From the NCBI GenBank assembly GCA_051294375.1, contig CM119266.1:4883773-4947772 (forward strand): DNA of 64,000 nucleotides, read 5' to 3'. A program made the position numbers and the translations under genes. A model generated the notes under the pieces. The model saw only the letters and a program-made list of their open reading frames with translations, had not been told where the DNA came from and made no database searches. This document shows, piece by piece, positions 54,076-64,000 of the stretch. Source of the DNA: Paraspadella gotoi. Taxonomy: Eukaryota > Animalia > Chaetognatha. Numbering within the stretch: position 1 is the first letter of the stretch; each line of letters opens with the position of its first letter.

Positions 54076-54240
54076 GTAAGTTATGGGTCAGGGGGAAATT
54101 TGTTAGGAGGGGAAAGATAAAAGGTTATTTTTGGGAATGAAAAGGACTTATTCTTACTCTTCGATTTTTATTAATTTTGCGTCAATCACACATTTATACA
54201 TAAAAGTCGAATGTCTCGAATGTCCTTAATTAGTTAGGAC

Positions 54241-54297
<57 letters not shown>

Positions 54298-55797
54298 CCC
54301 CTCTTAATTCCACAATGAATATGGCGTTTCTGTCAAGTATTGCACAATGTCGAAATCGCGAATGAGCGTAAAAGATTTTGCTTATGGAACTTGGTCGAGC
54401 CGACATCGGGTGACTGCGACCGACAAAAGCCGACAAAAGCCGACGAGGCCGAATCGGTTTGCCGACGCTGACTGATTTTAATCTGGTACATGTTTAAGAT
54501 GACTTGATTGGACGAGTCAGAGAGAAAGGGAGTGGAAGAGGGATTGAGAGAGAGAGAGGGATAGTGGGGTGAGGTATTGGAAGAAGGATAACATTTGATA
54601 TGCGTAGTATTAATTGATAAAAATGCTAAAACAATCTTTACAACTTTTTGCTTGCTTATCTTATCACTTGTTTAATGACATTTCGACAAACTGATAGCAA
54701 AACAATATTTAATTATGTTAATTAAAATTATAAAATCCTTTAATTGAAAAGAGAACAGAATGGGTAGAGATAGAGAGCGAGAAATATCGACCGATAAAAT
54801 AAGATTGACAAAGGAAGACAGAGAGAGAGACAAGAGAGATAGAGACAGAGTCACAGAGAGAGCTCAGGATCCAACGTTAATCTTGGATTAAATTGAAAAA
54901 TCGACGAAAGATTAACTCGAGCGAAGGATTAACTTTCTTCGCGGAGATAAAACGATAAAATTTGATTCACATCACAAAATCTGAATCTCACTGACTTAAA
55001 TATTATTATTTGTGTCTTTTTATCTTTTTCACATTTTTAAAAATCTTTCTTTTATTCGCTTCTTTTTTTTTATCTTTTTTTTATTTTCATTTCTTATTCT
55101 CTGCGTCTTTTTTTTCTTTTTTCTTTGACTTTTATATTTTCTTTCCTTTCCTTTCCTTTTTTTCCTTTCCTTTCCTTTCCTTTCCTTTCCTTTCCTTTCC
55201 TTTCCTTTCCTTTCCTTTCCTCACTTTCCTTTCCTCACTTTCGCCACGGGGGAAATTTTTTGAAGCGCGACTCCAAAAAATCTCTCGACTTCGAGACAAA
55301 TAAATCTTTTTCTTTTTCGAGTCTCTTCGACTTAGTTTCAATTTTAACGAAACCTTTCTTTTTTTCCCTTTTTTTGCCATATATGTATGAAATTTAACCA
55401 AACCTTATTTAGTCTAGTAAGGCACGTTGTCTGAAATTCTGAGTCACTTGTTTTTTGGGGGGGAAATTTCGAACGAATAGTCATAGCCTAATGTACGGCA
55501 AAATAATACATCTAGTTAAACTTGAAGATTTTAATTTCGTTTTTATGAGAACAATTACGAATTTACTTACAAATCCTCGTTCGACTTATGAGCCTTTTTT
55601 ACTGTTATTTTCTTTCGTTAGGTAGGCAAAGAAAATATATTTTGCCGCAACATGTTAATTAGATTATCCGTGCATTTTTCTTTTTCATGCGAGACGGAGG
55701 AAAAAAACAGAATCACTGTTGGAACATTTTTCTTCTGGTTTTTATTCGTTTTTTTTTCTTTCTTTCTCCACTTGAAAAATATTGAGGAGTTCAACAA

Positions 55798-55843
<46 letters not shown>

Positions 55844-57124
55844 CTTGACCGATCATTCTTCATTTTCTCTTCTTTTTTGGTTGAGATCCCAACTTTTTCT
55901 TTCTTCCAATATTCTTTCTTTCTCTTCCACTTTTTCCCTTTAATTCTCCCTCACGCAGACTCAGATTAGCCCCTTTGTGAAATGCCCCATAATTCACGAG
56001 ACGGAGGGTGAAGGGAGATGAGAACGAATCGTTAAGAGAGGCTTTTTTGGTGATCACCATTTTGGTGATATATGACTAGTTGGTTCCAGTAATATATTAA
56101 TGGAATCGGTGGAATGAGTATAAAAATTATGCGTTAATTCAATAACTCCGTATAAAAGGGACTTTATCCAATCTTGAGTCAGGCCACAAAATAGCTTAAT
56201 AGAATAGCTAATAGATAATAAATAATAGATAATGAAATAGATTATAATCATGGAAAAACGATGTACCACTTTCATTAATGTATGTTTGGCCTACCTTACT
56301 TAAAACTTGTTGCGATCTAAAATTGGGCACCAACCCCTTTCGGGCACCTGTCATCCACTTTGTCCTCATTTCTCACGCCACCCGCTGCTCATGGGTAGGT
56401 CTAGGGTAAGGGCAGCTAAGGGTTCTTCTCATTCAAAGGCGCTAACNNNNNNNNNNNNNNNNNNNNNNNNNNNNNNNNNNNNNNNNNNNNNNNNNNNNNN
56501 NNNNNNNNNNNNNNNNNNNNNNNNNNNNNNNNNNNNNNNNNNNNNNNNNNNNNNNNNNNNNNNNNNNNNNNNNNNNNNNNNNNNNNNNNNNNNNNNNNNN
56601 NNNNNNNGTGGGTCTAGGGTAAGGGCAGCAAAGGGTTCTTCTCATTCGAAGCCTCTAACGTTCCATAATTTAGTCTCAACATTCATCGTCGTCGGATTTA
56701 ATTTCTTTTTTTTTTTNNNNNNNNNNNNNNNNNNNNNNNNNNNNNNNNNNNNNNNNNNNNNNNNNNNNNNNNNNNNNNNNNNNNNNNNNNNNNNNNNNNN
56801 NNNNNNNNNNNNNNNNNNNNNNNNNNNNNNNNNNNNNNNNNNNNNNNNNNNNNNNNNNNNNNNNNNNNNNNNNNNNNNNNNNNNNNNNNNNNNNNNNNNN
56901 NNNNNNNNNNNNNNNNNNNNNNNNNNNNNNNNNNNNNNNNNNNNNNNNNNNNNNNNNNNNAATGGAAGGAAGAAGATGGAAAATGGAAGAATGTGAAAAA
57001 TGAGCAAGATGAGAGAATGGGAGAAATTGGATAATGGGAGAACATGTGGAATGGGAGAACATGTGAAATGGGAAAATATAAAGAATAAAATAATAAAACT
57101 TGGAAAATGGCAGAACTAAGAGAC

Positions 57125-57192
57125 TGGGAGAATAGAGAGAATGGGAGAATAGAGAGAATGGGAGAATAGAGAGAATGGGAGAATAGAGAAAT
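57125..57192. repeat. 17-bp tandem repeat x4
   Basis: Unit tgggagaatagagagaa. Confidence 0.8.
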
Positions 57193-59004
57193 TGGTAGAA
57201 TAGCGCCAATGGGATAATGAAAAGAGGGATGCAAATAAAAAAAAAGGATAGTTATAGATTTAACATAGACATCGTTATTTCTAGATTTAACATACAAATA
57301 AGCTTGTCAATTGTAACCTAATAGCTTAGCTGGAGACAAAAAGGGTTAAAAGATTAAAAACGGATTTAGAGACGCGAAAGTAAGTCGATGTATTTTTGGG
57401 AGAACCAAATGACGAACGAGCGAATTTGTAAGTAGAACAGGAGAACAATCAGAAGAGGAGAATAACCCTGAAGCGAAAATAGAAAGGCGAGGAGGCAGGA
57501 AGGAAGGAAAGGGAGTAAGGAAAGGAAGGAATGGAAAAGGAAAGGGAAGGGAGGAATGAAAAAGGAAAGGGAAGNNNNNNNNNNNNNNNNNNNNNNNNNN
57601 NNNNNNNNNNNNNNNNNNNNNNNNNNNNNNNNNNNNNNNNNNNNNNNNNNNNNNNNNNNNNNNNNNNNNNNNNNNNNNNNNNNNNNNNNNNNNNNNNNNN
57701 NNNNNNNNNNNNNNNNNNNNNNNNNNNNNNNNNNNNNNNNNNNNNNNNNNNNNNNNNNNNNNNNNNNNNNNNNNNNNNNNNNNNNNNNNNNNNNNNNNNN
57801 NNNNNNNNNNNNNNNNNNNNNNNNNNNNNNNNNNNNNNNNNNNNNNNNNNNNNNNNNNNNNNTGAAAAAGGAAAGGGAAGGGAGGAATGAAAAAGGAAAG
57901 GGGAAGAAAGAATGGAAAAGGAAGGGGAGGAAGGAATGAAAAAGGAAAGGGGAGAAATGAAGGGAGGTACGAAGAAAAAGTGACGGAAGGAAAAAAGAAA
58001 AATGATTTAGAAAAAAAAAATGAGGGTAAAATTTTTTTTTAATCTTCGTTTCCATCTGGACTTTTGAGCCGCTGCTTCTTTTGCTTCGCGAATTTCAATC
58101 CTTCAAAACCAGACCTTTTTTGCTTTTCGCNNNNNNNNNNAGATTTCAAGTTTCCACTTCAAAAATTTCCCTTTTAACTTCCCTCGACGCTCAGTAGATG
58201 GCGCCCTCGTCGCCCGGTGGATGGCGCCGTCGTCACCCGTCACCCGTCACCCGTCAACCGTCGTCCAAAACAGTTTTTCCCATAAAATTCCTTTTTTTTG
58301 GTGCGAATTAAAACTTACCTTTCAGCCTAAATGGCCATAAGTGACCATTATGGTCACGGTCGGCGCATGACCATCATTTATTCCTTGACACCTCCACTCC
58401 CGATGACCCCATCACAACTACATCGCAACTATGTCAAGAATCTATCACAACTCCATTATATCCCTATCACATCTCTGTCACAACCCCATCACTTCCTCCA
58501 AACTCAAAATTCGGCCTCTCGATGATCCCGTCGTGATTCACGAAAAAAAAATCGTCGAGAAGCGAAAAAAAAGTTTTGTGATTTCGTGAAAGGAGATCAC
58601 GTGATCGGGGAAAAAAAAAGATCACGTGATCTCTATTCGCCGTGAATCTCGTCGCAGCGTGAAATTTATGTTCGAGAGCGACGGAGCAGGGAGCGGGAAG
58701 GGAAGGGGCGCGTGGCGCAACTGCGTAGGAGGCTTATGGGGGTGGGGGTGGCAGAGGGTAGGGGCAAGGCGTAAGGCGGGGGTTGGCGAAGTAGCTTAGC
58801 GAGGTATCGGGCGGTGGGCGTGTGGGCCGAAGGGAAAGGTGGCAACGGGAAGGGAGCGGTGACGCGTTCTTTAGTCTCTCATTCCCCTTTAAAATTTCAT
58901 CGATCATAATTTAAACGAATTTTTATTTTTAGAAAAAAGAAAACATCTTTATATACAGATGATTTTCTCTCTCTCTCTCTCTCTCTCCCCCTATCCCCCT
59001 TCAG

Positions 59005-59165
59005 CCCCTTGCCTCCACCTGGCGGCCAAAACGTTGTACACGTTCATGTTTTTGTTGACGCTGCGTCAATACATGAGGGAAAGGTACGTCAACAAGCAGG
59101 CGGCGAAGGCGGCAGCGTCAGCCGCCGCGTCAGCCGCCGCATCGCCCGTCGATTCGGAGCAGCAG
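59005..59165 (+). CDS. Piezo: Piezo exon (APCLHLAAKTLYTFMFLLTLRQYMRERYVNKQAAKAAASAAASAAASPVDS..), TM12
   Basis: Acceptor ccccttcag, donor CAG|gtgcgt, phase 1 entry. The exit phase (0) is one base off from the next exon, probably a dropped G. Confidence 0.88.
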
Positions 59166-59191
59166 GTGCGTTGTTGTACGGATGGAGGGAG

Positions 59192-59231
<40 letters not shown>

Positions 59232-60634
59232 AAAGGCGAGGGAATTCATTTGCTCGATCAGTTATAAATTGTGAAAGGACTTTAAAAGGATCCATTTAGA
59301 TAATTGATAATTGTATTTTGTAAACAACAAATATTTAAGAAATTTGTCGAAATAGTTAAAAATTTTTACAGCTAATCGCATATTGCATATACTAATAGTA
59401 TTAAACATTCAAATAATATTAAATTAACGTTTAAGAGAGCCGCCCCCCCTATTTTGCCACCGACCAATGAAAAAGAAATAATATTTTTCTCTCAGCCAGA
59501 TCCCGTTTTTCCGCGGGAAAATCCCCATAAGATTCTCTTAACCAGAAATCGTCGGATAAATATTGAACGATTTTCAGGATTCAGAAAGTGACATCTCGTT
59601 GGCAGCGAAAAACGCGGAAGAAAAAAATTGAATGATGAGAGAGAGAAAAAAAAGAGGCTGAATATATTTATGAATTCAACGCGAATTCATTGAATTTTTT
59701 TTTTTTCTTATTAAACCTGCGAGGTTTTTTTTTTTACGCTGAATGCGTTTTTTAGAATTCACTTTTTGCTCGAGCACTCATCAGGTTCCCGCTTTTTTTT
59801 TTGAATGCTTGTTAAAGGGTTCAAGCGCCTTGCCTTCTTTTTCTCTCCTTCCAACTTTTCTTCCTTCTTTTACTTTTTCATTTAATAATATCTTCGTTTC
59901 TCTCATCTACCTTCCTCTTGATACAATACTACCTTCCCTATTTCATTCTTACCTCTCTCTTTCCTCCCTCATTTAATCTTTCTTTCTTCCTTTTCCCTTT
60001 TTTCCTTTTTCCCTCTCCCTATTTTCCCTTCTACCATTTCCCTTTCCCATTTTCCCTTCCCTTTCCCTTCCATCCTCTCTCNNNNNNNNNNNNNNNNNNN
60101 NNNNNNCCCTATTTATTCTTACCCTCTCTCATTCCTCCCTCTATTTAATCTTTCTTTCTTCCTTCCCTTCCGTTTTATCCCTTCCCTTTTTCCCCTTCAT
60201 CCATTTTTCCTTCCCATTCCCTTCCCATTTTCCCTCCCTTTCCTTCCCTCTCTCCCTTTTTCCCTTCCCCCCTTCCCTTTCTCCCTGCCCTTTCTCCCTT
60301 CCCTTTTCTCCCTGCCCTTTCTCCCCTTTCCTTTTATTCCCTTTTCTTTTCTTTTCACTCCTTTTTTTTCTTTTTTCCATGTTTTCCTTCCCTTCCCCCT
60401 TTCCTTCCCTCCTTCTCCTCCCCTTATCCCTCTCCTTCCCCTCCCTAATCCCCTCCCCCTCTTTCATCTTCCCTAATCCCCTTTTCAAATTCCCCATAAT
60501 CTAGCTCGCACACAAAACTCACACAATAACAATCTTCCCCCCCCTTCTCCTCTCCCCCTCCGCCACCCTGCGCGCCACTTCTCTTTTATTCTCTTGTTCC
60601 TTCGCCGCGTCTTCTGCCGCCATATTTCATCCAG

Positions 60635-60748
60635 GCACTCCCCTCAGCACCGACGCAGCGGCCGACGGGGATGCCGCGGCCGCCGCTCCGTCGGCTGCGC
60701 CCCGGCTGCGGAAGCTGCCGCACTCGATCTCCATCGACGTCGCGGAAG
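60635..60748 (+). CDS. Piezo: Piezo exon, Ala-rich loop (GTPLSTDAAADGDAAAAAPSAAPRLRKLPHSISIDVAE)
   Basis: Acceptor tttcatccag, donor G|gtaagg, 114 nt. The phase 1->1 reading joins the 61135 exon in frame. Confidence 0.72.
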
Positions 60749-61134
60749 GTAAGGGCGTGAATCGCTTGGGGGGGGGTAGGGGAGGTAAGAAAAGAGGGTC
60801 GGATCAAGAAGTTTCGACGGGAAATTCGTAGAAATTAATGACAAATCGATATTAACATAACTCAAGATAAACAACTGAAAAGTTTTATTTATTTGGTTGC
60901 TTTTCGAGATTCGTGAAAAAAGTCATTAGTTGAAGTAAACAAAGAAACTTTATAAACCCATTAAGAACCTGCAATATGCAAATGTGATTAAAGGATTTAA
61001 AGGATTTAATCTCATTTTTAATTCAAATTTCTAGTTTATATATTTAGTTTTGTCTACTAGTGTGCTATAATATTTTTAATTTAACTTGGTCAAATTACTT
61101 AAGTAATGCTGTTTTCCTTCTCTCTCTCTTTCAG

Positions 61135-61296
61135 GATACGATAGCCGGACAATGCGGATGTTCGGCTCGTGGACTTGGTCGCTCTTGGCCAAATACTGGA
61201 TCATGGTCTGCGCTCTGATGTTGATGGTCACGTCAATGATGGACATGGTCGTCTACCGCATCATTTACATGGTCCTCTTTCTCTCTTTCGTCTTGA
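61135..61296 (+). CDS. Piezo: Piezo exon (GYDSRTMRMFGSWTWSLLAKYWIMVCALMLMVTSMMDMVVYRIIYMVLFLSFVL), TM13-14
   Basis: Acceptor ctctttcag, donor A|gtaagt, 162 nt, phase 1->1. Contains AKYWI.VCA and VVY.I.YM.LFL motifs. Confidence 0.93.
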
Positions 61297-61875
61297 GTAA
61301 GTTTATAAAGTTGCACATTTAATTAAATTAAATTAGTATATGTTAATATTTGTGAAAAAACGTATTTGAAATTTTTTTTTTAATATTCCAAAACTGTAAA
61401 AACTTTTTTGATTGTTTGAATGCTTGCTTTCGTCATTGGTAAATTGATTGCCCATTATAAAGAATAGGCCTGCTGCAATGATGGTACACCTATTCAGTAT
61501 TTAGAAGGTCATTTGACTAAATGAGACTATCAGGCTGTGGTAAAATATAGGAAGAATGCACTACAATGCATTTGTGACATGAATGTGCGCATTACGCACT
61601 GCGCAACAATGCAGTGATATGTATTTGCATTTGTATTCATAACTTTCATTTTGGGGACTCGCCCATCGGTCCGGATTCTGTCCCGATGACAAATGTATTT
61701 TTTTGCTCTTTCTTGCCAAAAGTTTTTTTGGGGCAGAAAAAAAAGGGAAAAGGAGATAAGCAAAGGAAATATTTTGATTAAATGTCAAATGAGAGAAAAA
61801 GTATTGAGAGAGAAAAGTAGGGAAAAGGATGAGACGGAAAGGAGAAGGTGCGATATCTGGGTCGGTTTAAAAGGT

Positions 61876-61921
<46 letters not shown>

Positions 61922-62490
61922 CTCCAAGTGAGACACATCCGTCATATAGAGACGGAGTGAAAAAGAAAGCGAGACAGAGAGAGCGAAAGAGATACTGGAA
62001 GAGGTTGAGAGAAAAAAATATATTAAATATAAAAATATAGAAAAAAAAAGAAAAAAAAGAAAAAAAAGAAAAAAAAAGAAAAAGAAGAAAAAGGGTAACA
62101 ATGAAAGAGAAATTCTTGTCGAAGGTAAAATATTTTTTTTCTTTTTCTTTTTTTTTCCTTTTTTTTCCTTTTTTTTTCTTTGTCACGCGGTTTTTTTTTA
62201 TTCTCGAAGGAAAAAAAAATGAGAGAAAAAGGAAAAGAAAAGTGTTGATGTATGGGAATGAGACACTCAACATCCTGATGGAGAGAGAGCGAGAGAAACA
62301 GAGAGAAAGAGAGAGAGCGAGAGCATAAAAATAAAGACAGAGTGAGAGAGGAAATCCCTCTCTCTTCCCTCTCTCTGAGGAAGGAAAACAGAAAGGCTGA
62401 GAGGAAACGAACCTCCGTCCTCTTGTTGGGTGTTTTGTATTCATTAGAAAACCTGTTGGATCTTGGAAGCCGCGAAACTCTCTCTCTCTC

Positions 62491-62531
<41 letters not shown>

Positions 62532-62632
62532 TCTTTTTCCCGGAGTTTTTTTTTGCTGGGGCCGTTGTTCACTTTCGCCTTCAATTAAAGCGAAAAAAAA
62601 GGTTTGGGCAACATTTTTTAGAAAAGTCTAAA

Positions 62633-62885
62633 CCGCCATTTTGTTTCCGCCATTTTTCCCTTTGTTCCCGCCATTTTGTTTCCGCCATTGTTGTTTCCGC
62701 CATTTTGTTTCCCGCCATTTTGGTTTCCGCCTTTTGTTTTCCGCATTTTGTTTAACGTCATTTTGTTTAACGCCTATTTTATTTCCCTCTATTTTATTCC
62801 CCATTTAAATTTCCCGCCATGTTTCTTTTCACCAGTTCCTTCAACGCCATGTTCGGTTTCCCGCCATTTTCGTTTTCCCGCATTA
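62633..62885. repeat. Cluster of ccgccattttgtt-like motifs
   Basis: About 12 degenerate copies of ccgccatttt(g)ttt. Confidence 0.75.
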
Positions 62886-63701
62886 TTTCTCTCCCAGTTT
62901 TGCCGCCAGTCTTTTAAACGGCGAAACCGAAACATGAGGAAGAAAAGAAACTCAGTCTTCTCAGCGTTTCTTTTTCTTTTTCTCACTTTCAGTGGTCCAA
63001 TATTGTTTTCTTGAAGTTTTCACAACTGATGTCAGTTTGTTCCCCTTTACTTCTCCCTCGTCCCTCTTCCGATATCCCTTTTTGGTCCCTCTTTTACCCT
63101 CTCTGTTCTCCTTTCTTTTCTTCTCATCTATTCTCTCTTTTTCGTTCATCTCTTTCGTTCCCTTTCTTCCTTCAGTCGGTTCTCTTCCCTTTTCCCCTTC
63201 ATCTTTCTTCCCTTTTCCCCTCATCTTTCTTCCCTTTTCCCTTCATCTTTCTTCCTTTTCCCGATCTTTCTTCCCTTTCCCCTCATCTTTCTTCTTTTTT
63301 TCCCCCTCCATATATTTCCCCCCTGTTTTCATTCCCACTAACTTTTTCTCCTCACTTTTCAACTTCTTATCCCCTCTCTTTTTTCCTTCTCTCTTTCTTT
63401 TCCCCTTCTCTCTTTCTCCTCTCTCTTTCTCTTCTCTCTTTCCCCTCTCTCTTTCTCTTCCTATCTCTTTCCCCTCTCTTTTTTCCTTCTCGCTTCCCCT
63501 CTCTCTTTCTCTCTCTCTTTCTTTTCCCCTTCTCTCTTTCTCCTCTCTCTTTCCCCTCTCTCTTTCCCCTTCACCTCCCCCTCTCTCTTTCTCCCTTCAC
63601 TCCCCCTCTCTTCTTCCCCTCTCTCTTTCCCCCTCCCTCTGCACTGCCCCCTCTCTCTATATCTCTTCTCCTCTCCCCTTCCCCCCTCATTCTCTCAACA
63701 G

Positions 63702-63875
63702 CCTTTCAATTATCATGGATTATTTTTGAGGAATGATAAACAAAACTATTTTCGGCTGTTGTCGTCGTCTATTCGATGGTGGTGCTGGTGCTGTTGTACA
63801 CTTACCAATTCGACGCTGTGCCAGGACTCATCTCCAACTACACAGGATTCAAACCAAAACTCATTCACGATTTGG
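63702..63875 (+). CDS. Piezo: Piezo exon (TFQLSWIIF..VVVVYSMVVLVLLYTYQFDAVPGLISNYTGFKPKLIHDL), TM15; has an apparent internal error
   Basis: Acceptor ctctcaacag, donor G|gtaagg, 174 nt, net in frame. In-frame TGA-TAA at ~63734-63739 lies in a garbled 30-nt patch. Confidence 0.85.
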
Positions 63876-63950
63876 GTAAGGTTACTTTTTTTTATGAGTT
63901 GAGGGGAATGACGATAATGACTGAGGTTGGTTATTTTGTGCGTGGAGACA

Positions 63951-63986
<36 letters not shown>

Positions 63987-64000
63987 AAGAGAGGCTTTTG

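Larger units (their letters stand above)
25829..63875 (+). other. Piezo: Piezo-family mechanosensitive cation channel gene (partial; internal exons only, continues beyond window)
   Basis: Spliced translation contains Piezo-diagnostic segments: RQSYVLSLIIMM|xWSxxHSLLTFILLLWACLIW, SPYVVLYAELLLLAQYIYG, CLHLAAKTLYTFMFLLTLRQY, AKYWIMVCALM, VVYRIIYMVLFL..FQ, VVVYSMVVLVLLYTYQF..NYTGF..DLG. These match THU3-THU4 of animal Piezos, recalled from family knowledge rather than a search. All exons have AG/GT boundaries and intron phases agree except at one junction. Confidence 0.93.

Noticed and set aside
62992-63736. 241-245 aa Phe/Ser/Leu/Pro-rich ORFs
   Set aside because: This is an intronic polypyrimidine low-complexity tract; only the last codons overlap the real Piezo exon.

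Overview
This is eukaryotic (invertebrate animal-like) draft-assembly sequence, not prokaryotic: it has long introns, abundant (GA)n/(AAT)n microsatellites and N gaps. Almost all ORFs in the supplied track are low-complexity noise. Reading splice sites and phases by hand gives two real genes. (1) On the + strand, at least 9 exons (25829-63875) of a Piezo mechanosensitive channel gene cover the cytoplasmic loop before THU3, all of THU3 (TM9-12) and most of THU4 (TM13-15); the gene runs beyond both window ends. (2) On the - strand, nested entirely inside one Piezo intron (27455-36695), is a complete three-exon gene (35353->29844, 199 aa) for a compact MARCH-type RING-CH (C4HC3) E3 ubiquitin ligase with two transmembrane helices, which the ORF track does not show. 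Mobile elements include a solo LTR with a 4-bp TSD, a palindromic MITE, a tRNA-derived SINE-like head, a Helentron/DINE-1-like family and another dispersed repeat family, plus many minisatellites. Roughly 15 kb looks like assembly artefact: redundant, indel-rich copies and an inverted fill next to gaps of exactly 25 N. These artefacts create false duplicated exons of both genes.
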